Of a stretch of DNA of 33,120 nt, positions 23,821 to 33,120 are shown in pieces. The DNA is from Octopus sinensis. Lineage: Eukaryota. Position 1 is the first letter of the stretch. Every line of letters starts with the position of its first letter. A program made the position numbers and the translations under genes. Location of the stretch: the NCBI RefSeq assembly GCF_006345805.1, contig NW_021835569.1, positions 1 through 33,120 on the forward strand, written 5' to 3'. The notes under the pieces are model-generated. The model was given only the letters and a program-made list of their open reading frames with translations, did not search any database and was not told the origin of the DNA.

Positions 23821-23975
23821 CCGTCACTTAGCGGTTCGGCAAAAGAGACCGATAGAATAAGTACTGGGCTTACACAGAATAAGTCCCGCGGTCGATTTGC
23901 TCGACTAAAGGCGGTGCTCCAGTATGGCCGCAGTCAAATGACTGAAACAAGTAAAAGAGTAAAGAGTAAAGAGTA
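23821..23975 (+). mobile_element. SINE family A 3' part (plus strand), inverted relative to 23325..23480
   Basis: ccgtcacttagcggttcggc...gactgaaacaagtaaaag. Confidence 0.9.
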
Positions 23976-24180
23976 ATATATACATAAAAGCTTGTATTCT
24001 CATGCTGGCCACTTGATATGATCGGTTTTTTAAATAACGATCTTATCTTTATTTATATAAATTTATATATTTACTTCGTCATTATATTCACTGCGGTGGT
24101 ATTTTGGCCATATCGCACGAGAAGTTTAGACGGACAATCATATATGTGTGTATACGTGCGTATATGTAAATATTCGCATG

Positions 24181-24218
<38 letters not shown>

Positions 24219-24365
24219 CATCCTAGAATCTTCTACATTCAACCATTTTTGACGCCACTGCTTATAATGGAATATTTTAAAGAAACACTCATTATCGCTA
24301 TGGGCTCCGTGTGGGCAGTCATCTAAAAGTTTTTGTGCATCTTGATGCTGACATAAGTTCCTTAC

Positions 24366-24448
24366 TTTTCCTGATGAGAAGGCGCCATAATGCACCCCTT
24401 ATTCCTTCGAAATTAGTAATATGCAGCCTTCGAAACATATGTCGAAAA
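24366..24448 (+). ncRNA. Type I hammerhead ribozyme with fully canonical core
   Basis: UUUUC CUGAUGA GAAGGC (42-nt loop) GCCUUC GAAA CAUAUG UC GAAAA: helix I 5 bp, helix II 6 bp, palindromic helix III, GUC cleavage triplet (predicted cut after 24443). Confidence 0.7.
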
Positions 24449-24501
24449 TAAAATAAAGGAATTTTGTTGATTTGTCGTTCAACTCCATTCTTTCATTTAT
24501 T

Positions 24502-24582
<81 letters not shown>

Positions 24583-24854
24583 TGTAATTATGTGCTATCT
24601 GTGTATATCCCACTGAAGAGGTGGAGTATATTCTTATGCAAAGACAGAAATCTAGATCAGGGATTATCCAATAATTTTTGGCTAGTTTATTTCTCCCTTT
24701 GTCTTTTCTTCTGGTGCTGGATGAATACATAAAGTGGTTTTAGAGTCAAGTTTTGACTGCTATCTCTAGCATGGTGGTATCTTTTAGATTCCTTTAATTA
24801 TAATTTTAATAATAATTATTACCAACATGGTTTTTATTCCCATGCTGGCCACTT

Positions 24855-24886
24855 GATAAGATCGATATTTAAATATCGATCTTATC
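24855..24886. repeat. Perfect 32-bp palindrome gataagatcgatattt|aaatatcgatcttatc
   Basis: Direct reading; a degenerate copy lies near 24015..24047. Confidence 0.9.
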
Positions 24887-24910
24887 CCTATTTATATAAA
24901 TTTATACATA

Positions 24911-24958
<48 letters not shown>

Positions 24959-24990
24959 TTTTTTTTTTTTTTTTCATGTTTTTCTTTTTT

Positions 24991-25667
24991 ATTCCCTTCG
25001 AAATTTTATCCCTATTAATGATTTGGAATTTAACTGTTCTCTTTAGCGTGCAAGGAGTCCTGTGATGGATGCCTCTTATTTGTTTAAATGTACACTGTAT
25101 TTATATGAATAATATATAGTCTATTGACTAAACTTTTACACGCTAGGCTACTGGTAATGGAAATTTCTAACATTTCTGATTACCCTCTGATATCATTAAT
25201 TATTGATAATATTTTCTAGATAATTTTTGAATTGAAAAGCCGGCATTTTATTTACAACCGACAAGGAGCTGTGCTTGCGCAGTAGATTTGAAAAAATTAG
25301 AATGTATAAGCACGGGGCATATACTAGATTGTCTCCTGTATATATATTTAATCTAAGGTGTACCTGCTGAAGAATACTTCGCCTAGCAAATTATTTTATT
25401 TGCTAAGAGAAGTCTGAAACCATTGGCCCAGAACTTAGATGGTAAATGTTTTTACTTTTCATTCCCTTCGAAATTTTATCCCTACTCTTGGTTTGGAATT
25501 TAACTGTTCTCTCTGGCGTGCAAAGAGCCCTATGATGGATGCCTCTTATGTGTTTAAATGTACACTGTATTTATATGAATAATATATATTCTATTTACTA
25601 AATTCTTACACACTAGGCTACTGGTAATAGAAATTTCTAACATTTCTCATTACCCTTGATATCATTA
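24991..25667 (+). repeat. About 208-bp direct repeats (24991..25198 and 25461..25667) around a degenerate hammerhead (pLTR-like partial tandem)
   Basis: attcccttcgaaattttatcccta anchors are 470 bp apart. Confidence 0.85.
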
Positions 25668-25686
25668 TTATATATATATATATATA

Positions 25687-26926
25687 CAGGGTTTGGACAA
25701 AATAAAGGAAACACCTAGCATTATAGCATCATAATTTTGAAATATCTATAAAACCGTTAAAAGCTTGTTTATTTTTGCTTTTTGATTTATTATTAGTATT
25801 GCTAAACTTACAGTTTTTTTTTCAGATATCATCAGAAAAAGGTAATAAAGTTCATTAAAATCACGGCTGTATCGGACTTTCAAAGAGATCAAATTGTTGG
25901 TGCTCGTATGGCAGTCGCTAGCGTGACGAAAACAGCTGAAATGTTTGGTGTATCAAGAAGTACTGTTTCGAAAGTAATGACAGCCTTTGGGAAAGAGGGA
26001 CAAACCTTCTCGTCGAAACAAAACTCTAGAAGAAAACCAAAACTTTTAGATAGGAACTGTCAGATCTTACTCGAATTGTTAGAAAGGATCACAAAAGTGC
26101 AGCTCCCAAAATTACTGCAGAATTTAATGACCACCTCGAGAACCGAGTTTCCACACAAAATTGTTCGCCGGGAGCTGCACAAAGCCGGATTTCTTAGGAG
26201 GGCTGCAACCAGAAAGCCACTACTTTCAAAATCAAACGTTGCAAAGCTTTTAGAGTGGAGTAAAAACCTACAGAATTGGTCCCTAGAGCAGTGGAAGAAT
26301 GTTATTCTCTCGGACGAGTCATCCTTTACCTTTTTCCGGCCACCGGCCGAGTATACATGTGGAGACAGCCAAATGAAGCATTTGACCCAGACTGCCTTCT
26401 TCCCACTGTTAAACATGGAGTAGGATCTGTAATGATCAGGGGTGTGCTATATCTTGGAAATCCGCCGGCCCAATGGTTTCCCTTCGTGGTAGAATTAATA
26501 GTCAAGGCTATTTAAGCATTTTATCTGATCAAATTCATCCTATGTTTGCGGAACTGTTTCCGGAGGGAAACGTTATCTTTCAGGATGATAATGCATCAAT
26601 TCACACAGCTGAATGGCACGAAGAACATTCTTGTGAAGTTGACCATCTTATCTGGCCACCACAGTCCCCAGATCTCAATATTTTTGAACATTTACGGTGC
26701 ACGTTAGAAAAACAAGTAAGGAGTCGATACCCTCCACCATCATCACTACAAGAACAGGAGGCTGTTTTAGCTGAAGAATGGACAAAAATCCTTTGGAAAC
26801 AATTCAAACTTTGTACGAGTCCATATCTCGTAGAATTTAAGCTGTAATTACTGCCAAATGTGGTCCTACCTCATATTAAAATAAATTTGAAATTTAAAAT
26901 ATTTCCATTATTTTGTCCAACCCCTC
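25687..26926 (+). mobile_element. Full-length (1240 bp) Tc1/mariner DNA transposon with frameshifted transposase pseudogene (about 25860..26880)
   Basis: TA flanks; 25-bp TIRs cagggtttggacaaaataaaggaaa / tttccattattttgtccaacccctc (22/25). HTH region, GRKP-like RRKPKL, SDES, PTVKHG, QDDN and SPDLNIFE. Confidence 0.92.
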
Positions 26927-27476
26927 TATATATAATTGAACAACGCAATCAATACATCAGTTTAACTACAGCGCTATCTTCAGCTACACAAAATATGGAA
27001 TTTCAACAGGTAAGATGCATTAAAATAATTTTTCTGAACTATTCTAACAGAACAAGAAGATGAAATAAATTCATATTCTCAGTATTGTAGCAAGAATGGC
27101 TAAGAAAACAGACTACAGTTTCTTAGAATAGCATGGAACATAGTGGGGTCATAGGGGTTGTAATTCATATCCAGTTTTATTTCTCTTTTTATCATCTACT
27201 CAAATCTGAGACCAGAAGACTGTATATTAAGAATAAAGAGCAAAAATGAGTTGACAGTTTATGGCTAATAATTGGTCATAAATATTGTCATGGGTATCCC
27301 GTTACCCAGAAAAAAGGAACCAAAACTTTAGGTAACTTTAGAAAGGGTCAATTAGGTAGAAGTAACTGTCTATAAAAAAGAGGCAGGGTAGGTTGACATT
27401 AATTCATGATGTTATTACCGGTAAAAGGAGCAAAACGCTATGAAACTGAATTCGCTGTAATGAAATTAGGAAATAT

Positions 27477-27558
<82 letters not shown>

Positions 27559-27890
27559 CGAAGAACAACGCAAAAAAGCAACAAGGCGAGGACGTGGTAC
27601 ATCTAAAATATTAGCAGGTGTTCAGAGAAGGAAAGAAAGATGGTTTAATACGTTTCGAGCAGAGGAAATTCCAAACAGAGGAAGTCCGAAACACAGGGAA
27701 AAGTCCAATAGAAAAGGAAGACGGAGGGAAAAAAATTATATATATATATATATATATATTTAAGAAGGTGAATGAATTATCCTAGTATGGATAATTCGGT
27801 TAACCGATACCTGGGTAGCAAATTCACGTCAGAAAACACATTTTGTTAAAATCGCGTCGTTCCATTCTTTCATTCTATTACATTTATATT

Positions 27891-27939
<49 letters not shown>

Positions 27940-28025
27940 TTTGCGAAGGTGTCATTAATTCTATTACTATCCAATATAACTATTTTAAAAATGATAACAG
28001 AGTCAATGACACAGGCGATAGCAGG

Positions 28026-28074
<49 letters not shown>

Positions 28075-28077
<3 letters not shown>

Positions 28078-28260
28078 TAATCCAAACGGGAAAACAGAAA
28101 AAACAACAACACGTGGAACAATTACAGTATTATTATTATTAGGCGCTCAGGAAAATGGAAGAAGGAGGGTATGACGTTTCGAGCGGAGCTCTTCGTCGGA
28201 AACATAAGAGAAAGAAAGAAAGATCCCGAGACGGGAGGACAGAGGAAAAAAAATTGCAGG
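28075..28260 (-). repeat. Penelope pLTR-like repeat with hammerhead-like motif (28169..28205); related partial copy at 27560..27735
   Basis: Minus strand CCGACGA A GAGC ucc GCUC GAAA CG UC (U4 changed to C); helix I is weak. Confidence 0.5.
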
Positions 28261-28374
28261 TCGTCTTCACGAGGTCACATACTGAAAAGACGGAAGTAGT
28301 AAAAAAGGAGGAAAATGTTTTTTAAAAACAGGAGAGCTGAATCAATGAGGGAATGGTAAAAAAGGTGTTGCGAG

Positions 28375-30180
28375 ATGACGGTGTGTGTGTGTGAGTGTGC
28401 GTGTGTGTGTATGTGTGTGTGTGTGTATGGTGGACAATGGCTAGTAGCAAGCAGTAGTAGAATTAAAGGAGTGGTGTGGGGGTACCCTAGCAAGTCAGAA
28501 AGGCAGGTCAGAAGCAGGGAGGTATGTGTGTGTGCGTGTTTATGTATGTGTGAGTGTGTGCGTGCGTGTATGTGTGTGTATGGTGGACAATGGCTAGTAG
28601 CGGGCAGTAGTAGAATTAGAGGAGTGGTGTGGGGGTACCCTAGCAAGTCGGAAAGGCAGAACAGAAACAGGGAGGTATGTGTGTGTGCGTGTGTATGTAT
28701 GTGTGAGTGTGTGCGTGTGCGTGTGTGTATGTGTGTGTGAGGCGTGATAAAAAAACAGAAAATATGTATATGTTAGTGCGTGCGGGGCGGGAAAGGGTGG
28801 GGGCGTATGTAACGTGGAGTAGTAGTGTGTGTATATGTCCAGCGTGCGTAGTTGTGTGTGTGGCAAGTAAATTTGAAGTGTGTGTAAGTGTAATGTGTAT
28901 ATATATGCAAATGTGTGTGTGTGAGTGGGTGTGGGTATGTGTGTGCGTGTGTATACAAAAGGGGGGGTTAAGGGAAAAAGAAAAAGAACTGCAGCGAAGG
29001 GGGGGAGAGGAGGGGGAAGATGGAAGAGTGGTCCCGCGGCGACAGGCGTGGGAGAACCCAAAGACAACGCGCCGGCCCCAGATGCGGACAGGAGATCCGG
29101 TCGGTCAACCATGAGCGTGGTGCAAGCGTGCGTGTAGGCGTGTGTGAGTATGTATGTGTGTGGATGTGTGTGTGTATAGATGTATGTCCTTGTGTGTTGT
29201 GTGTGTGTGTATGAGTGGTATGTATGTACGTGTGTGTGTGTGGAAGTGTGTGTATGTGCATGTGTGTGCGAGTACATGCAGGGTGTGAGTGAGTGTGTTG
29301 TGTGTATGTGTGTGTGAGTGTGTAATGTCTGTGTGTAGGATGCATGTGTGTGTATGGGTGTATGTATGTGTTGTGTTGTATGTTTTGTGTACGTGCGTGT
29401 GTGTGTGTAGTGCATGTATGCGTATGCGTGTAGGTGTGTGCGCGTTGTGCGTGCATGCATGCGTGTGCGTATGTGTGTGTGTTGTGTGTGCATGTGTGTA
29501 GGTATATATGTATGTGCGTATATGTGTGTGTATGTGCGTACAGTGTGTTTGTGTATGCATGTGTGTGTATGTAGGTGTGTAGGCGTTTGTGTGTGTATAG
29601 TGTATGTATGTAAGTATGTATGGGTGTGTTCGTGTTGTATGGTGTGTATGCATGTGTGTGTATGTAGGTGTGTAGGCGTGTGTGGTGTGTGTGTGTACGT
29701 GTATGGTGCGTGTGGTGTATGTTGGTTGTGTGTGTGTGTGATTGTGAGTGTATGGGTGTTTGTCATGCATGTGTGTGCGCGTGCAGGCGAGTGTGTGTGT
29801 AAGTATGTGTGTGTGTATGTATGTGTGAGTGTGTATGTGTGTGTATGTCTGTGTGTATGTATGTACGTATAGGAGTATGTAAGGATGTGTGTGTTGTATG
29901 TGTGTGGGTGTATGTATGTATGTGTTGTGTTGTGGTGTGTGTGTGTTGTTGTAGTATATGTTTGTGTGCGTATGTATGTGTATGTGTGTGTGTGTGTGTT
30001 TATGTATGTGTTTATGTATGTGTGTAGGCGTATGTGTATAGGTGTATGCATGTATGGGTGTGTGTCTGTGAGTGTTTGTGTGTGTGTGTATGTATGTGTG
30101 TATGTATGAGTGAAGGTATGGCTGTGTAGGTGTGTGTGTGTGTATGAATGTAAGTGTGTGTGATATATATATATATATAT
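28375..30180. repeat. Long degenerate (TG)n-rich low-complexity tract containing a 153-bp tandem duplication (anchors 28426 and 28579)
   Basis: Direct reading. Confidence 0.9.
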
Positions 30181-30200
30181 AGGCGATATATATATATATA

Positions 30201-30609
30201 TAGGCGCAGGAGTGGCTGTGTGATAAGTAGCTTGCTAACCAACCACATGGTTCCGGGTTCAGTCCCACTGCGTGGCATCTTGGGCAAGTGTCTTCTGCTA
30301 TAGCCCCGGGCCGACCAATGCCTTGTGAGTGGATTGGTTAGACGGAAACTGAAAGAAGCCTGTCGTATATATGTGTATATATATGTATGTGTGTTTGTTT
30401 GTGTGTGTCTGTGTTTGTCCCCCTAGCATTGCTTGACAACCGATGCTGGTGTGTTTATGTCCCCGTTACTTAGCGGTTCGGCAAAAGAGACCGATAGCAT
30501 AAGTACTGGGCTTACAAAAAAAGAATAAGTCCCGGGGTCGAGTCGCTCGACTAAAGGCGGTGCTCCAGCATGGCCGGAGTCAAAGGACTGAAACAAGTAA
30601 AAGAGAGAG
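30201..30609 (+). mobile_element. SINE family A, full length
   Basis: Complete head, linker and tail. Confidence 0.9.
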
Positions 30610-30786
30610 TATATACATATTAGAAGAAATGAGGTACTCAGAAAATCGGATGGTTTATATTTACAGATATTTATTTGTATATTACATGTTTTTATATATC
30701 ATATAACTTAGATCATGTATTAGCGCTTTCTCCCATCTAGTGGGGTTTTCGAATCAAACTAAGTTTGATATATATATATATATATA

Positions 30787-32368
30787 AACCAACTTGCACC
30801 CCCTCTAGCCAATCTGTGGCGGAACTCATTGGATGCTGGATATATACCAGAAGACCTTCTATCCCAGTCTGTTGTCCCAGTTTTCAAAAAAGGAAACAAA
30901 TCGCTTGCCGTGAATTACCGTCCAATCTCACTCACCTCTCATATCATCAAGGTATTTGAGAGGGTGCTGAGATCGCGTATGACTCACTTCCTTGAGAGTC
31001 ATAATATGCTGAACCCCAACCAGCATGGATTCCGTAATGGGAGAGATTGCCTGACGCAGCTACTGCATCATTTTGATGACATTTTGAGAGCCTTGGGAGA
31101 GGGTTCCAACACTGATGTCATCTACCTTGATTTCAGCAAGGCCTTTGACAGGGTTGATCATAAGATCCTTCTGAGAAAGCTGTCCAATATTTGTGTGTGT
31201 CACTGGAAAGCTGCTGCAATGGATCAAGTGCTTCCTCTCTAACAGAACCCAACATGTTGTAGTCGAAGGAGTCAAATCCAGCCCAGCCAAAGTCAGCAGT
31301 GGTGCCCACAAGGCACTGTGTTGGGCCCACTTCTCTTCATCATCTACATAAATGATATTACTGACACCATCAAACACAGCAACATCAGAACCTTCGCTGA
31401 TGATTCCAAGCTCCAGAAGGTCATCAATGGCGTGGATGACCGAATAAACCTTCAGTCAGACCTACTGGCTGTTGTCCATGGGCGGAAAAGAATAACATGT
31501 TGCTAAATGAAGACAAATTCGAACTGATCCACTTTGGAAGGGAGGACGCTCTGAAACTCCCATACTCTCTTCCTTCTGGAGAAATTCTCATGGCATCCAC
31601 AACATCAGAGACCTGCGGCAGTGAGTGAGTAACAGTGGACAACAACATAAGCTGGGCTACACATTAGCAGCCAAAGTTGACATGGCCCGCAGAATGTGTT
31701 CCTGGATTCTCAGAACCTTCCAGTCGAGAGATTCCCACGCTATTATCCTTCTCTTCTCCACTTTTGCCCGACCCACCTTGAATACTGCTGTCCACTGTGG
31801 TCTCCCTACACAAAACAAAATATTATGAGAATTGAAGCTCCCCAAAGGTCAATCACAAAAAAGATAGATGGCATGTCAGACCTTGACTACTGGGGTAGAC
31901 TAGAGAAGCTGAAATTGTATTCACCCAACGACGCCGTGAACGCTACATTATCTGTATGATGTGGAAAATATTCCATCAGCACTGTCCGAATGATGTTGGC
32001 ATCACCTTCAAAATGCATCCAAGGCTTGGACCACGTGCCATCCGTCCACAACAAAAATCTAAATCGCATCACATAACGACAATATGGCACAACTATTTCA
32101 CCTCAATTGGACCCGCTCTCTTCAACATTACACCAGGACCACGTCAAAAAAGAAACTGACTACACAAAATTCAAGAAGTCTTTGGACAAATTCCTTCAAA
32201 CAGTACCGGACAAACCACCCACACCCGGATATGTCTCCGCAACAATAACTCTCTGCTCGAATGGGCCTTGGTGCCCAAATCCTGAACTGAAAGACTTCGC
32301 CAGGTGGTGCTATTAAGTTAGACATGGCCGGGCCAATACTGGCCAAAACCTTTCTAAGTTATTCTAAG

Positions 32369-32370
<2 letters not shown>
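30787..32370 (+). mobile_element. 5'-truncated CR1/L2-clade LINE with frameshifted reverse transcriptase
   Basis: YRPISLTS, NQHGFR, IYLDFSKAFDRVDH, (P)QGTVLGPLLFIIYIND and FADDSK motifs; tail with stem-loop and (ttctaagtta)n. Confidence 0.93.
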
Positions 32371-32415
<45 letters not shown>

Positions 32416-32643
32416 ATATAATATAATGATATATTTATGTATATGTATGTATGTATGTAGATGTTATGTATGTATGTATGTATGTGTCTAAATTTAGATG
32501 TATTGGAGTGGAGGAGTTGAGCTTCCATTGAAATGCTTCTAATGAAATTAAAAACAGGTGTCACGTGATTATCACACTAACCATGAAATTCCTTTGTTAG
32601 TTGCCTCACCTGCAACAGCTTCACTTGCACAACCACTGTGATC

Positions 32644-32650
32644 TATATAA
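32644..32650 (+). promoter_or_regulatory. Possible TATA box (TATATAA) upstream of paralogue exon 1
   Basis: Lies about 130 nt upstream of ATG 32780 in otherwise unique sequence; motif match only. Confidence 0.2.
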
Positions 32651-32779
32651 CCTGTCTGTCTGTCTGGTACCTGTTCATAGCTGCTAATAAATTAACTCCG
32701 TTACACCACGAATAATATAGTTAGACCCGAAGAACTCCTGCAAAGGTCTCTAACATTTATATTTTATTCCCGATCGAAT

Positions 32780-32900
32780 ATGATGTCTCGTGGTTACGTT
32801 GTTCTCGGTGAGCTGACATGGCGTTCTTCCCGTCTGCCTAGCCAACTGCTGATGTCGATGATGGTGATGACAGTGATGATGTTCTCTGGCACTTCGGCCG
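32780..32900 (+). CDS. Exon 1 of a second paralogue: MMSRGYVVLGELTWRSSRLPSQLLMSMMVMTVMMFSGTSA (signal peptide); gene continues beyond the window
   Basis: 40 codons + 1 nt, donor CCG|GTAAGT (phase 1). Start context gatcgaatATGATGTCTCGTGGTTAC versus gatcaaatATGTCACGTGGTTAC at 891-913. Ungapped alignment to exon 1 of gene 1 shares MSRGY, RS and LP. Confidence 0.65.
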
Positions 32901-32988
32901 GTAAGTAAAAAGACAAGAAATTTATTTTCTCAGGTCTTACCTTTCTTCCTCTCCTCCCGCTCTCCCATTCGCTATCTCTTCCTGCCCA

Positions 32989-32989
<1 letters not shown>

Positions 32990-33047
<58 letters not shown>

Positions 33048-33048
33048 T

Positions 33049-33115
<67 letters not shown>

Positions 33116-33120
33116 TCTCT
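32990..33120. repeat. (TC)n microsatellite
   Basis: Direct reading. Confidence 0.95.

Noticed and set aside
27775-27840. Minus-strand CUGACG hammerhead candidate
   Set aside because: A9 and GAAA are both altered; too degenerate to support.
28594-30268. 485-aa and 387-aa His/Thr-rich ORFs
   Set aside because: Degenerate (CA)n/(TG)n tract with no splice or codon evidence.

Overview
AT-rich, repeat-dense eukaryotic DNA. The SINE families and (TA)n/(TATG)n/(ATT)n load look like an octopus (coleoid cephalopod) genome; this is inference, not a database result. Most ORFs in the supplied track are microsatellite artefacts. Hidden among the repeats is a complete four-exon + strand gene: join(899..1052, 6695..7027, 12706..13029, 14308..14402). 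All three introns are phase 1 with GT-AG sites, and the CDS is 906 nt (301 aa). It predicts a signal peptide, two Ig-like domains and a GPI-anchor-type tail. Its signal peptide is partly encoded by (ACG)n/(ATG)n repeats (T8M8). At 32780..32900 lies the homologous first exon of a second paralogue (same MSRGY start, same phase-1 donor), suggesting a tandem cluster of small Ig cell-surface proteins. The rest is mobile DNA: several tRNA-derived SINE families, CR1/L2-, RTE- and R4/Dong-like LINE remnants, a full-length decayed Tc1 element, a non-autonomous Helitron and a MITE. About nine hammerhead-ribozyme-like motifs are also present. One has a fully canonical core (24366..24448), and one sits in a 420-bp insertion with interleaved inverted repeats and a 21-bp target duplication.
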